A DNA stretch of 64,000 nt from Kudoa neothunni. Taxonomy: Eukaryota > Animalia > Cnidaria. The notes beneath the pieces are model-generated. The model did not search any database, was not told the origin of the DNA, and worked only from the letters and a program-made list of their open reading frames with translations. The stretch lies in NCBI GenBank assembly GCA_964304625.1, contig OZ199839.1, positions 2,296,093 through 2,360,092 on the forward strand, in the 5' to 3' direction. Below, in pieces: positions 51,927 to 64,000 of the stretch. Position 1 is the first letter of the stretch; each line of letters begins with the position of its first letter. The position numbers and the translations under genes are program-made.

Positions 51927-54311
51927 TATGCAATTTTTATTTGCTTCTAGTGATAATGAAACGTAAAATTATTAACGCTGCTACGTCGCAAACTAAGATC
52001 TATAAACGAGCCGACTCAATACGAGAATTATAATGGGGCCGACCCTATCTTTGCCCTATAAACATACCGCATTCCTATGGATACTTAATTTTTCAATGAA
52101 ATTTATTAATTTTTTTTAATTTATTTCCCAACCCAAATGTTTAATAACGTTGATACTCTGGTACGATTTATTTATGGTTATCAGCTGTCGTGTATATTCG
52201 TCGATTGGTCCCACTTTGTTTAACAGGTCTTCTCGAAAAATATAATTGTGTACAACCTACGATCTTTAACCTTATAATTATTCATTTTATTTTTATCTCA
52301 TTAAAATGTGTAGTTGTCTTGTAAAGTTTGTAGGCTGCAATTTTTCAAATTTATCACCTGAGTCTGGTTAAATGTATGTGTCAGTGCTGCCGGCCCAAAC
52401 CAGACAAATCAGAATTTCTTCTAAAAACTGAATTAATGTCTAATTACATGTATAAATATTACGTTAATTCATAATCAACTCGGAAACTTCAAATTTATGA
52501 CACATTTGGTTGATGTGTTGAAAAATTTTCTCATTAGAATGAGATTATCTAATGTACAGCACAACACTCTATTTCTTCTGATGTTTTCGATAAAATTAGA
52601 AGAGAAAATGCTCTTTCAGAAGTAGTATTATCAGAGCTAGAGGAAGTAGAGATGTGCTGTATTTTCCGATAGAATCGAAATTTATTTGCCGACAAACAAT
52701 GGCCAAAAAGCGATTGTTAATAATTTAATCAAACAAACTTAGTTTTTGAGTCTATTAAATTCGTTTAATTTCAAACAATTGTATTACAGTCTTTCGTTCA
52801 ATTTTTGAATAACACAAAACAACTATATCTATATCTAGATGAGGTTTTATTTATATGTGTGACCATTCATTCATTCAGTAAAATTGAGAAAAATTAGTCG
52901 AGTAGATAATATTTAGTTAGATTTTAATTTGTTTAGGTAATAACTAAAATTAGGATTTTTCGACAATTGATGACAAACACTTGTAATGATAACTTAGCGT
53001 TGGATATCGCCAATGTCAGAACCTTTTTTTAAAATCAATCACTAAAATCTCTTCGTAATAATTTCAAAATGGTTTGAGGTAATGATAAACCTGTCTTGTC
53101 GCTAGTAATGGTAACAAATCCAAAATGTTGGTTTTAATGGGAGGCGTAATATTTAAAAATGTGTTCATTTTGAGAAATTTTCGACATGTTTTTAAGCTCA
53201 ATTTTTATATTACTTGGGCTTTAAGAATTATTAAAATTTCTAATTGTATCTTGCGTTTGGTGAACTTATATTGCAGATATTTTAATTTGAAATAAAGCGT
53301 TGTTCAAAGTATAAAATTATCTACTCGAAGACTTCTCGTGGTGAAATCAGCAACGATTAAATTCCTTTTTTTTGTGTGAATTTTCAATAACTCATTGTCT
53401 TTAAAACATTGTTTTGTTATTGTTCGGTCGTTCGATGAACAAGAGCAAAAATTGGAAAAAAGTGCAAAATAAAACACGGTTTTCAACGTTATTGCGCACG
53501 CAATACATATACGATGTCAGTTTCTGCGCCAAATGACTTGGTCTGGTGAAAGAATTTTTGATTTTAACCATTGGAATAGAGTTAATAAGAAATTAAATAA
53601 TTAGATAGGATTTGTATGAGATTTAAATAATGCTTGACTTTCGGTTGAATTTAGCCTGTTGTTGTTGGGTGTAGCAAAAATGCCTCGTGTCACGATTCAT
53701 CCTAAAAGTTAAAAAACTATTTCAGAACTTACATTAAGTTTTATTAGAATCGATCCATTTGACACAATATGTCACAATAATCATCACAATTTTAGTAATT
53801 TATAAATTTGCCATGATATTTTAAAAATAAAATCACCATTTTTAATTTGGTGATAATGAGTGTTGAAGATAAATTAAAGTGTAAATCACTTAACGATTTC
53901 CACCAAAAACAAGATGAATTTCTTAAAAATAAACGATACATGATACATGGTACATGATGGAGGAAATTTTGGATTTAATTTTTAATGCAAAAATAAAAAA
54001 AAACATTGAGGGGAACATTGAAAAGTGGACAAACGTAATTATTTATAGTGGGGAAGTTTAAGTGTATATTATTTTTAAATTATAAGAAGTAATTAATTAA
54101 TTATTTAATTCCAATGAAAAAATTTTCATCGTAAATTATTTTAAAATAGATGGAGAAAATTAGTTTTTACTTACAATTGGCTTTTCTAAATGTGTCTTAA
54201 CTTCTAATCAAGGTTTCTCTTAAATTATTTTTTAAAAGTGTTACGTATAATTGATATCTACCGATATACTCATATCAACTCGAGTAGTAGACGCGAATTT
54301 TTCAACGTTAA

Positions 54312-55449
54312 TCTACTATATATTAAGCTTGAGTGTCCGTGTGTGTGTCAGCAAGTACGTATGTGAGTCATACAATATTTTCCTTATAAGGACACATTTA
54401 TGATTTTTTTAGATCACAATGTTTAAAAAATCTTTAAATAGTTTTCACATTTCCATATGTTCCATAAAGTGTTTAGAAAATAATGATTTAGTCGATTCAA
54501 AGTTTTTCTGTCGGAGTACTTGCGTTCGACAATAGGATTAACACCTGCTTACAACCGACCGACCGACCGACCGACCCGCTGCTCATGGTCGGTTGAAGCT
54601 AATTTTCTCCTTTATATATTCTATCAAATGTTGATTAACTGCTGCTGCTATCTGACTTTTTATATAATGTTGGTGTGTATATTTCGGGGTTTGCGCATAT
54701 ACACTCCTTATTTGTGGAATTTTAACGTATTTGACTTGATAAACACATTTTGAAGGTTCTATTAAGTGTTTTAGATATGATAAAAAATCTGTATATGTTT
54801 CATGAATAACGAATTTGTGGAGAACGTTACAATTACATTCAATGAAGTATTATAATGGAAATACTGCGTCCGTAGATTTCATTGAAATCGTTCGCTAAGT
54901 TTAACTTTCCGTGATTACATTCAATGCAGTGTGGTTGTGTTTTTATTTCACCCAATTATTTTAATTGTTTTTGTTGAAGTTGATATCATTTGTGGCTGGT
55001 TATAGGGAAAAGTGCGTTAAGCTCTCACCGGGCCAAGGAATATTAGTTTAAGCAAAAAATTACTTTTCTTCTATATATTTTTCTATTTATTATTTCCCAT
55101 AAACAATGGTGCACACAGTTATCCAACCGGGCCAAAAATAACGTTTAGGGTAACATTTTAACGGGATTTAAATAATTCAGGAATGCAAAAAAATACGACA
55201 CTGACAATAAATTATTTAGCGTTGGTGCCGGGTCATGAAATTTTTAATGGGCACCGAGATTGATACTTTCCTTCATGGAAATGATCATAATTTAAATTTT
55301 GCTAATCCAAATCGTTCAAGTATCACTTAAAAATTTTTAGTTATTTTTCGTCTATGGGTTAATTTGAAACTTCGATATATTTTTTGAATATTATTTAGAG
55401 ACGAATCTATGCTTATTATTTCCAAGCAACGCTGAGTAGTTCTCACTAG
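54312..55449 (+). mobile_element. Complete ~1.14-kb non-autonomous Helitron
   Basis: A|TCTACTATATATTAAG ... ccaagcaacgctgag..caCTAG|T, with an internal (ACCG)n tract; the 3' half is homologous to 1-537. Confidence 0.85.
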
Positions 55450-58022
55450 TATTTTAATATAAACAGAATAATTAGATCTTTGAAATATTTTATAGATAAT
55501 TTGATTAATTTAAAAATTTTTAAATACACTTTTAAAATTGAGTCTATAATATTTATAAATATTTTAGAAACGTGATTTTAATTTTTGAATTTTATCTAAA
55601 GTATGTGTCTATCTACACGGTATATAATATTCAGGTGTCGTTTGCGGAACAATATTAAATTACTTTCGACTATAAAGGGAAATGGTGGTCAATACCAATT
55701 AAATAGAGTATATTCTGAATAATTAAAGCCGTAAACAATTTGTAAGTAAGAGTAGCTGAATTCAAATATTAAACTGCGCACGCATTCTAAATAGATTAAA
55801 ATTTGGCACTGGCTATAACAACAGATAGGAATATCTACAAAAATAAACCTCGTATCAAAATTTTAATTTCATTAATACATATAACATACATTAAATAAAT
55901 TATTTTTAAATAAATTTATAAGAGAAAATAAATTAGTTGACTTTTACCAATCAATAAATTTGCCCATTAGACGTGAATAAAGTTATAATTTTCTCAAGGG
56001 ATATGTATCTATAATGGTATTTAAATAACTTTGGTTATAATTAGTGTAATTTCATATAAAAATTACACTAATTATGGTTGAATTTATTAATAGAATTAGC
56101 GAGCATGGTAAAAATACCCTAATGCGTTCCATTTTGTGTCTGTCAGTTCCATTATATTTTCTTAATCAATTATATTATAAAAAGTGGATTTAACTGTTTT
56201 TCTGTTCTATAAAAATGAGCAGGGAAATTATTATATAATGGATATATATTTCATCGTATATTTTATTGTATGTATACTTTATGTGAATTCAAATTGCTCA
56301 TCTTCGTTTTTAGGCAATCCAAGGACTGTTGTTGGATCGGAATTCTTAGGTCGCCCTGCAGTTTTTATTTTCGAGAGAAATTTTAAATTTATATAAAATT
56401 AATAAAAAATTCTGTATGATTATTTAACTTTTGAAATTATCGTCGATTTTGCGTTCATCTATATCTATCTGCTGGTCACTTTGCATATTACACAAGTCTT
56501 AAGACAAGCTATTAATAAATAACTTGGTTGAGGATGCTTCAAAAATTTTGTTCATTTCTGTCTTTTAATTTGCTTTAAATTTGGTATCTAATATTTATTT
56601 GAGAAAATTACGCTTTTATTAGTACTATTTCTTCTTTCAATCGACTGGTTATTTTATTCCTGATTATCGTATTTCGAATGACCTCGATGGTTTCACCATT
56701 TACTTGAAGTTAATTGCACTATTTTAAATGAACATTTTATGCCAATATTTAATAATGTTTCTAGCCCTAAAACATTTTTATCTCTAATGTAGCTTCAACT
56801 ATCTTAATAGCAATTACTGAACGAAGGATAAATTCATTGCAACATCCTGCAGACGTTGGCATAGCTGGTTTGTGTAGACTTGTGCATTTTATAGGCGCTT
56901 TGGATAGAATTTTAATTTTTCTTTGGAGATTTCATGTACTTGTGCAATGAGACTAGACGTATCATTGTTATTAGATGGAAAATTATCATGTATACATTCG
57001 CTGGCAGGAAATTTCTCGTTTAATGTAAATGGAATAATAATGTTTCACATGATTTACATTAATGCTAAAAGAATAAATGGTGATCTTTATCAATAAAGCC
57101 CATCGTAAAAATCTGAAATACCTATTAAATATCAAAATGATTATTTTAGTTGAAATGATATCGTAAAATAATTTATTTAAAATCATTGTTGCAAACAAAC
57201 TACATTAACACACACTCGCGTGTTCTTAATTAACGTATCACATATATCAATACTTCTTGTTGTATAAAATCAATATAACAAGCTTTAAAAATCACTTATA
57301 CATTAACTTAAAAGTGAATTTATTGAATAAAAATATTAAAAAATGTCTGCATATTTGACCAATTTAGAGGTAAAATGTCAACTAATTTATTTTCTTTTGA
57401 ATATTGTATCAATAATAGTTCATTTATTGTTATATTTAGTTATGAAATTAAAATTTTGATAGAGACGTTATTTTAGTAGATATTCCCATCCGTTGCAATA
57501 GTCACTGCCGTAAAATTTACCGTGTCGATAGCTTTTGTCATCCTTTTTAATTTATGTATTTTATTCTCCGAGTATACATTCTCAATTTCGAGTAAGGTTG
57601 AGCATTTTGGCGCTTATATTTTAAATCGATATAATAGATATGCCTCTATTAAAATATTCATTGGAATAATCTGATTAGCCTGTAAAGTTACTCCCTAAAA
57701 TTTAACTTAATAGGCATAATTTGACAAATTATAAAACACTCCTTTATCATCTAAGTATCCCTATTATATTTGAATATTTTGAGAAATATTCAAATTTTTA
57801 TGCATTTTACATAAATAATAAAAATGATTCATCAAGAGTAAATATACCGAACAGAAACAATGCTAGAAATTTAGGAATTTATTTTTTGCATATAAAATCT
57901 ATTATACCAAAATCAACCAACTAATATTATCTAAATAATTGAATATATTTATTATTGTAAATACGATAAATGTTCAAATGGGTGATAGTTCTCTAGGAGA
58001 GTTTCAGCAATCCAAGTTCTAT

Positions 58023-59041
58023 TTATGAGCCTGAATTTCTTCGAAGTAGTGTCCGTAAACCATCGTTCCTTTGGATAAAATTTTATTTTTGAAGCTCATA
58101 TAAAATTTCATACGGTATATTCGTTGTGGAACTTTGTCGATTGATAAATTCGACATATGTCAAGAAATTAATGCTACAGAGTTCTTCATCAGTACAATAA
58201 GTACTGTAATCACGATCCCTTTGAAGGCGCGCAAAGAGGAAACCACCTATTTGTGAAACAAATTGGCACTAAATATATCCATAAATTTTAGTAATACTTC
58301 AAAAATCAAATACGCTCCTAATGTCTGCCATATTATTATATCTTTCGGTGCATATTGCTCTCATTACTAACGTCGCGACGTTGTCATCAACGAATAATTT
58401 GATAATTTTACCAAATATCTAGATATTCTAATAAAATGTCGGAATAAAAAAATCTTGTTACCGCACACTTACCGCACCATAATTCTTGTCGGGTCAGATT
58501 AACTAAAAAATTGTTATCTAAGGTGTTATATGAATAATTATAATTATTCGAAATTAATTTAATATTTAATTGAAATTAAGGAATAATAATATTACGATTG
58601 AAATTTTATAAATGAAAATAAATTTATACTTACTTGTGTTATTGACACAATTTTGGTTACCCACACAATAACCACTGTGAATCGCCATGGTGTTAGCAAA
58701 ATTACCAATCGAAGAATCAATTTGTGAGGGATCAAAGAGCTAAGGGATATTTATTGAAAATACTTAAAGAATGAAATACATGTAATCCAACTGAATGTGA
58801 GTGGCGTGTTAAAAAACTTTGTGTGTGGCTAATGAGTACATTTTTTGATTCATCTGTAAGACGGTAATAACGGGAAGCAGGGTAATGCTATGAAAGTTAA
58901 ACATACAAACCACTGACATCTAGTTACCGGAGCAGATGGTAATGTTATGCTCACATGATAATTAATGTAAATTGCACCTAAATATTTTGTAAGGCTCAAA
59001 AATAAATAAAATATACAGAAGAGAATTAATAATGCCGCCAT
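58023..59041 (-). CDS. Secreted saposin-like protein (single SapB-type domain), 7 exons
   Basis: Hand-spliced with six GT-AG introns: MAALLILFCAIYINYHVSITLP...LWCGKCAIFGKIIKLFVDDNVATLVMRAICTERYNNMADIRSCQFVSQIGGFLFARLQRDRDYSTYCTDEELCS...NSGS*. The six cysteines follow saposin spacing. Confidence 0.78.
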
Positions 59042-59556
59042 ATCAAACAAATTTGTTTTTGAATCTAAGGAGTCACGTCTCTTGAGTATTTATAGTAGTT
59101 TTTCTTATCGGTAAAATTATAGAGAAGTATCTTTATCAATAATTTATTTTTAATAATAAATTAACTCTATCGAGAGGTTATTATGAAACATATATTCGTG
59201 AATTTTTATGTCTTATTAAGGTCAGTACATGATTAAAGGAATGAACCTAAATTTATTTTCGGCTTTTCCCAAATATATTATCTATATTTAAAACAATATA
59301 ACTATATAAACTTAATATATCTGGTCCCAAAAAACTTAGGAATTTAAAATTAAGTTTCATATTTCTTTCAATTTCTATCATGTCCAAATAAAGGCGTGAC
59401 ATCATTTCTTGTTAGGTATATTTTTAATAATTAACATCATTCTTGATGAGAATAAAATTATTCTATAAAATTTAAACATAAAAATAAATTTAAATGTTCC
59501 TTATGAGCTTTCCTTACAGATTTGAGATTTTTAAATTCGAAGCATTTATATATTAA

Positions 59557-60500
59557 CCCTCCAATGATTTTGGGGTAACATTTACCTCATGTTTTTTTTG
59601 ATTAAAAATATTTCAAAAAATGTAGAAAATTTCAAATTTAAATATAATAAAATTCCTATGGGTAGTTTTTGTAGAAGGTAAGGAAATGTTGGATAAATTA
59701 ATTGAATCACATGCGCGACTTTATGAAGATGTGTGATTCTAATGGTTTCATAGATGAATTTTGTTTATCAGAGAATGAATATCATGGTGTTGGAAAAAAT
59801 TGATCATAGAGACATTACGTCAAAAACTAGAGATACCACCATGCCTCCAATCATCACCAAATAGAGGCCGTTGGGGCAGTATTTTAGTATTCCGTGAAAA
59901 GTATATGTTGGTATCTTGTGTTTCCAATAAATCAAAATGCGTGATTTTCTCAAAGAAATCGTTGAACAGTTAAACAAAACATTGTTGACAACAAATTCCA
60001 CAAACAAAACAATAAAAATAGGTCTCAGCATTGTTTATGCATCCCAACAGGAACCTCTTCTTAATGCAAATCGAGAAACATGTGTACAGAGTGAGAGGAA
60101 AAATGATAAAAAATCTCCTAAATGGCGCGAATATTGTTATAAATTTTACTGTCTATTTCACGAATTTAAAAACAGTTTTAACTTCTCGTAACTCTCAAGA
60201 ATTCTTCTTATGTTTTGTTTTAATATTTCAACTGGCGCAACACGTTCAATTCCGCTGCATTAACGCAATTATTTTTTTAATGAAACATCGATGTGTATCG
60301 ATATAAGAAGACGGATCGTAAGCGAAGCCGATTATGCCAAAATTTAATATAAATTTTACAGCGTTTCATCCATAGGAATTAAGAATTATTCAATAATATT
60401 GATTATTAGATTTTTTAAAGTGTTGTAATTCAAAAAAATGTATGGTAAAATTTACCCCAAAGTCCATTAAACGTTCATCGTTTTTGAGATCATTAGAGGG
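59557..60500 (+). mobile_element. Internally deleted piggyBac, same end family as 9822-10667
   Basis: TTAA|CCCTCCAATGAT ... ATCATTAGAGGG; remnant C-terminal peptide RDFLKEIVEQL..RETCVQSERKNDKK. Confidence 0.75.
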
Positions 60501-62677
60501 TTTCAAGTGATTAATAATTTAAATAATGTTTGAGGATCTCATAACTAATTGAAGCGTTGAATAAATCTAGTTAAATAAGTAATTACCATGATTCCTCCCA
60601 GGGACCATACGCGGTGTTGATGGGTATCCTGGGTCTAATAGGATATTTTTATTAATTCTAAGTTTATATTATGTAATAATTTCAATTAATTCACTACTAA
60701 GTGATTAATGAAAAAAATTATACAACTAGACGATATCTTTACAGAATGAATGTTATTTTATATTTAAAAACGACTTCAGTAATAACAAATATATGAACAT
60801 TTTGGTATAATTGACTGAAATGTTTCAAACAAAATATATCCACTTGGCTTTTGTTTGATCGTTTTTTGTTCAAATATTTAATTCTTAAATTTTATTAATT
60901 AATTTTTCTATTTCTAATATATTAAACAAAAGTTATAAAAAAACTCTTCCATTGAATAGAGGGTATAGTTATCCTCACATTTGAACCTTATTATAGTAGG
61001 CATGACTTAACACATGAATCAGTTGTATATATCAATATTTACATTAAATAACACAATACAATCTTTTATATATAGTAAAATATGTTGAAACTATAATTCT
61101 AATATACCGATATTAATATAATAGTCGAGCTGTTGTGATACCATAGAAGTTTAATATTTAGGCATCTATATAGATAAAGTTTTAATATTAACTATACGAT
61201 TGTCATTATATAAAAATAAGTAATAAACGGTAAAAATGTTTCTTTCAATAACTTAATTAATAAGAATTGGAAGAAAGGAATTTCTACTGATTCTGACCAA
61301 CGTTAATCCTTATACTTCCATATACTTATTTTTGAAATTATGAACAGCATTACATGTTTCTGTTATAATTAAATATTATCATAATAATTAAAAATATTAG
61401 CTCTTATTTTTTAGGTATTTTCTTTGTTTATTAGACTCTTGTAAATACGATTTAAGTTTAACCATAATATTTTTGTTGTAATCAGATATTAACATTAAGG
61501 ACAATTCTTGGGTTATGAAGGTTTCAACAACAGTATATTAATGAGTTACTTCTATTATGATAATAGATATCTGAAGATACTTTCGTACATCAGATTGCAG
61601 TGCACTCTAACGTTTACATTTTCGTATCAAGATATAAGTTATAAAGTTTATTTGATTGATCCGAATAATAAACACTGAATGATTTTAGATAAGAATTTAA
61701 AAAACGAATTTTGCTCAGCCTGATTCGTCGTATATAAAGAAAAAATGATGACTCCTTAATAAATCTCATATTTAAATTATATCTGGGATTCAACTATAAT
61801 TTATTGATTATAGCATTGAGAATATTTTTCTGGCAATGTAAATGTTGGGAAATACTAATTTGCCCATCATATCAAATGTTCATTTGAAATTTAGATCAAC
61901 AAGAGGAAAAATTACACCTCTGTAACTGTCTCTCTTTCATGTCTTCTTCGAAATAAATTTAGAATATAGTTGTTTCATCGATTTAAAAATAATTATAACA
62001 AAGTATAACATTAAAAAGGCCATCCAAAATTTTATAAAATTTCTCCAAACCCAAGAACTATGTGTACTTTTGTGCAAACCTATAATACATTCAATACACA
62101 TTTGTTGTTAAAATATGATTTTTAAACTATTAAAAATATTTAAATATACATTTACAAAAGTTTTTGTAATTTTAATAAGTTATACAGGGATTATTATTGT
62201 GTATCCTCTCGTAAATTTTATTATTATTACTTATAATTGTGCGATATATCTATTTCAATGAAAAAAATATATATACTAAAACTCAATCTGTCGTACCTTT
62301 TTTTTAGAAAGATTATCTATTAACATTTTTATATATGGAATATTTTTGAAAATTAGCAGTTGACAACCAAAGATTGAGCACGCGAACAAAAAATGGATCG
62401 ATATAAGCATCACGATTATATTGAGCCAATGTTCATAAAATCAGATAAATAATATATTTCAATGCATTCAAAGACAGTGTGAAATTTAAAATTCTATTCA
62501 TACGTACAAGTAGGGTTTTATTTTAATTTATTTTTTTCTGTAATTTGATGACAGAGGCTGATTTTTAGCATTAACAAGAATTTAGACTTTCAAGATCGAC
62601 AAAAATAAACTATTTTACGTAGTATAATATATACACCTCAAAAACAAATAATGTAGAGATGAAGGGGTTATTTTTAA

Positions 62678-63976
62678 CCATCTATGTATAATTGGGGTCT
62701 TTTGGAACCCATGCGACATTAAGTATCAATTTCTACCACAATAACTTATGAAAAATGTTCGGCAGGTGGTCTATTCTTCTAAAATTTTCATTCCTTAAAA
62801 AAAAAGTTAATGCCCAAACACCCTACCCTCCGAGTAAAATTGAGATCTTTTGGACCCACGATTTTTTATCTAATTATCGAAAATATTGATTTAAATGTTT
62901 GGGAGAACTTTGAAAAAATTCTATCGAGTAAATATAGTTGTATTGCATGAATATCATATCTTAATCTGCAACGCACATACACCATGATTAATTTTAATGA
63001 TATATCAAGTGATCTTAGTAATAATTATTTTGATATTGAGTCTTCAGATTCATTTTCTTCGTCTCATGATCATTTATCGTTAGAAAAATTTGATATTGAT
63101 ACAGATATGCAAATTAACTCATTAATACACAAGTATAGAACGTTATGGTCAATGAGCCCGCCATTGGCATCTAGATTCTAGAACATGTGTTGCAAATATT
63201 ATGAATAGTTGTCCTGATGACACTCCGTTTTTATTACAAAACACAATTGATACTATCATAATAATATTTAGTTCTGCTATGCAAGCCATTATTTTGAAAT
63301 ATAACAGTACGTGGGTGGAAAAATTTTTGGTGATAGATGGATCGAATTGGATGGGTTCATTAGCTGCTTATTTTCTGATGGGATGTCACAGGGCTAATCG
63401 AGAATCGGTTAAATAGATATTTGGGTTAAGAGAAGGGAAGGTATATCATGATTTATTCTCATTACATAGATTTCGCCACGTATTGCGAGTTTTACACCTT
63501 GATGGTATGGAAAATATTGTGATAACAAAATAATCCGGAAATTTTTGCCATGTTGGTGAACCTCGGAAAATTTAGGCGGGGTTTTCATGTATCGTTTCCC
63601 GCCCTAATGAACCTTTCAAGCGTATCTATGTTACCTGTTTTTATGCAATAGTTATGTCTACGCCAGGATTATGTATGATGTTTATTGATCATTTTAGGCG
63701 AAAATTAAATAAAGAATTAATTTTATTAAATTATCTGAATTTTTAGTTGTGTTTTTAGAAAATATGCGATCTCAAAAGTAATACATACGCTGCGGTTAAA
63801 ATATTTCTTCCCAAGAGCGCATGTGCACAAAATATTATGTGATGTCATTTATAAAATTACTGAATATATAATCGATAAAATGTTTTAAAAACTTCTAAAA
63901 ATACATATTATCTTTTTAAAAATATTTTGTCAAATAAAAACGGGGGGTATTTTGGCCCCAAATTATACTTGGAGGG
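62678..63976 (+). mobile_element. Internally deleted piggyBac retaining an N-terminal remnant
   Basis: TTAA|CCATCTATGTATAATTGGGGTC versus GGCCCCAAATTATACTTGGAGGG. Acidic N-terminus (62984 ORF) and the motif HRFRHVLRVLHLD. Confidence 0.72.
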
Positions 63977-64000
63977 TGTAAATTTTAATGTGACTTGAAG

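Noticed and set aside
1-64000. CRISPR arrays, prokaryotic operons, rRNA, alternative genetic code
   Set aside because: No regularly spaced repeats or operon structure; spliced genes translate with the standard code.

Overview
AT-rich eukaryotic genomic DNA (roughly 25-30% GC by eye), most likely from a fast-evolving animal. Kunitz and Ig domains, divergent housekeeping genes and ~32-60 nt introns fit a compact parasite such as a myxozoan or orthonectid; this is inference only. Most ORF-track calls are exon fragments or noise. Splicing by hand at GT-AG sites recovers VPS52 (5' part, minus), a frameshifted RS-rich gene, TAF8 (frameshifted 5' half, one GC-AG intron), CDC6, BCKDH E1-alpha and CAF1/CNOT7. 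It also recovers a ~1000-aa orphan with KEN, CDK-site and AT-hook-like motifs. Three secreted or surface genes are hidden by splicing: an Ig-like type I receptor with a tandem-tyrosine tail, a five-Kunitz protein with mostly disulfide-depleted domains, and a stand-alone saposin-like protein. The intergenic space is dense with transposons: non-autonomous Helitrons, piggyBac derivatives, pogo/Tigger and hAT elements, MULE remnants, a 202-bp solo LTR with a 5-bp TSD, and a tRNA-headed SINE with an 11-bp TSD inside a piggyBac that abuts a truncated Tigger. No prokaryotic systems, CRISPR arrays, rRNA or complete tRNA genes were seen. Exon boundaries and family assignments were made by eye, without searches.
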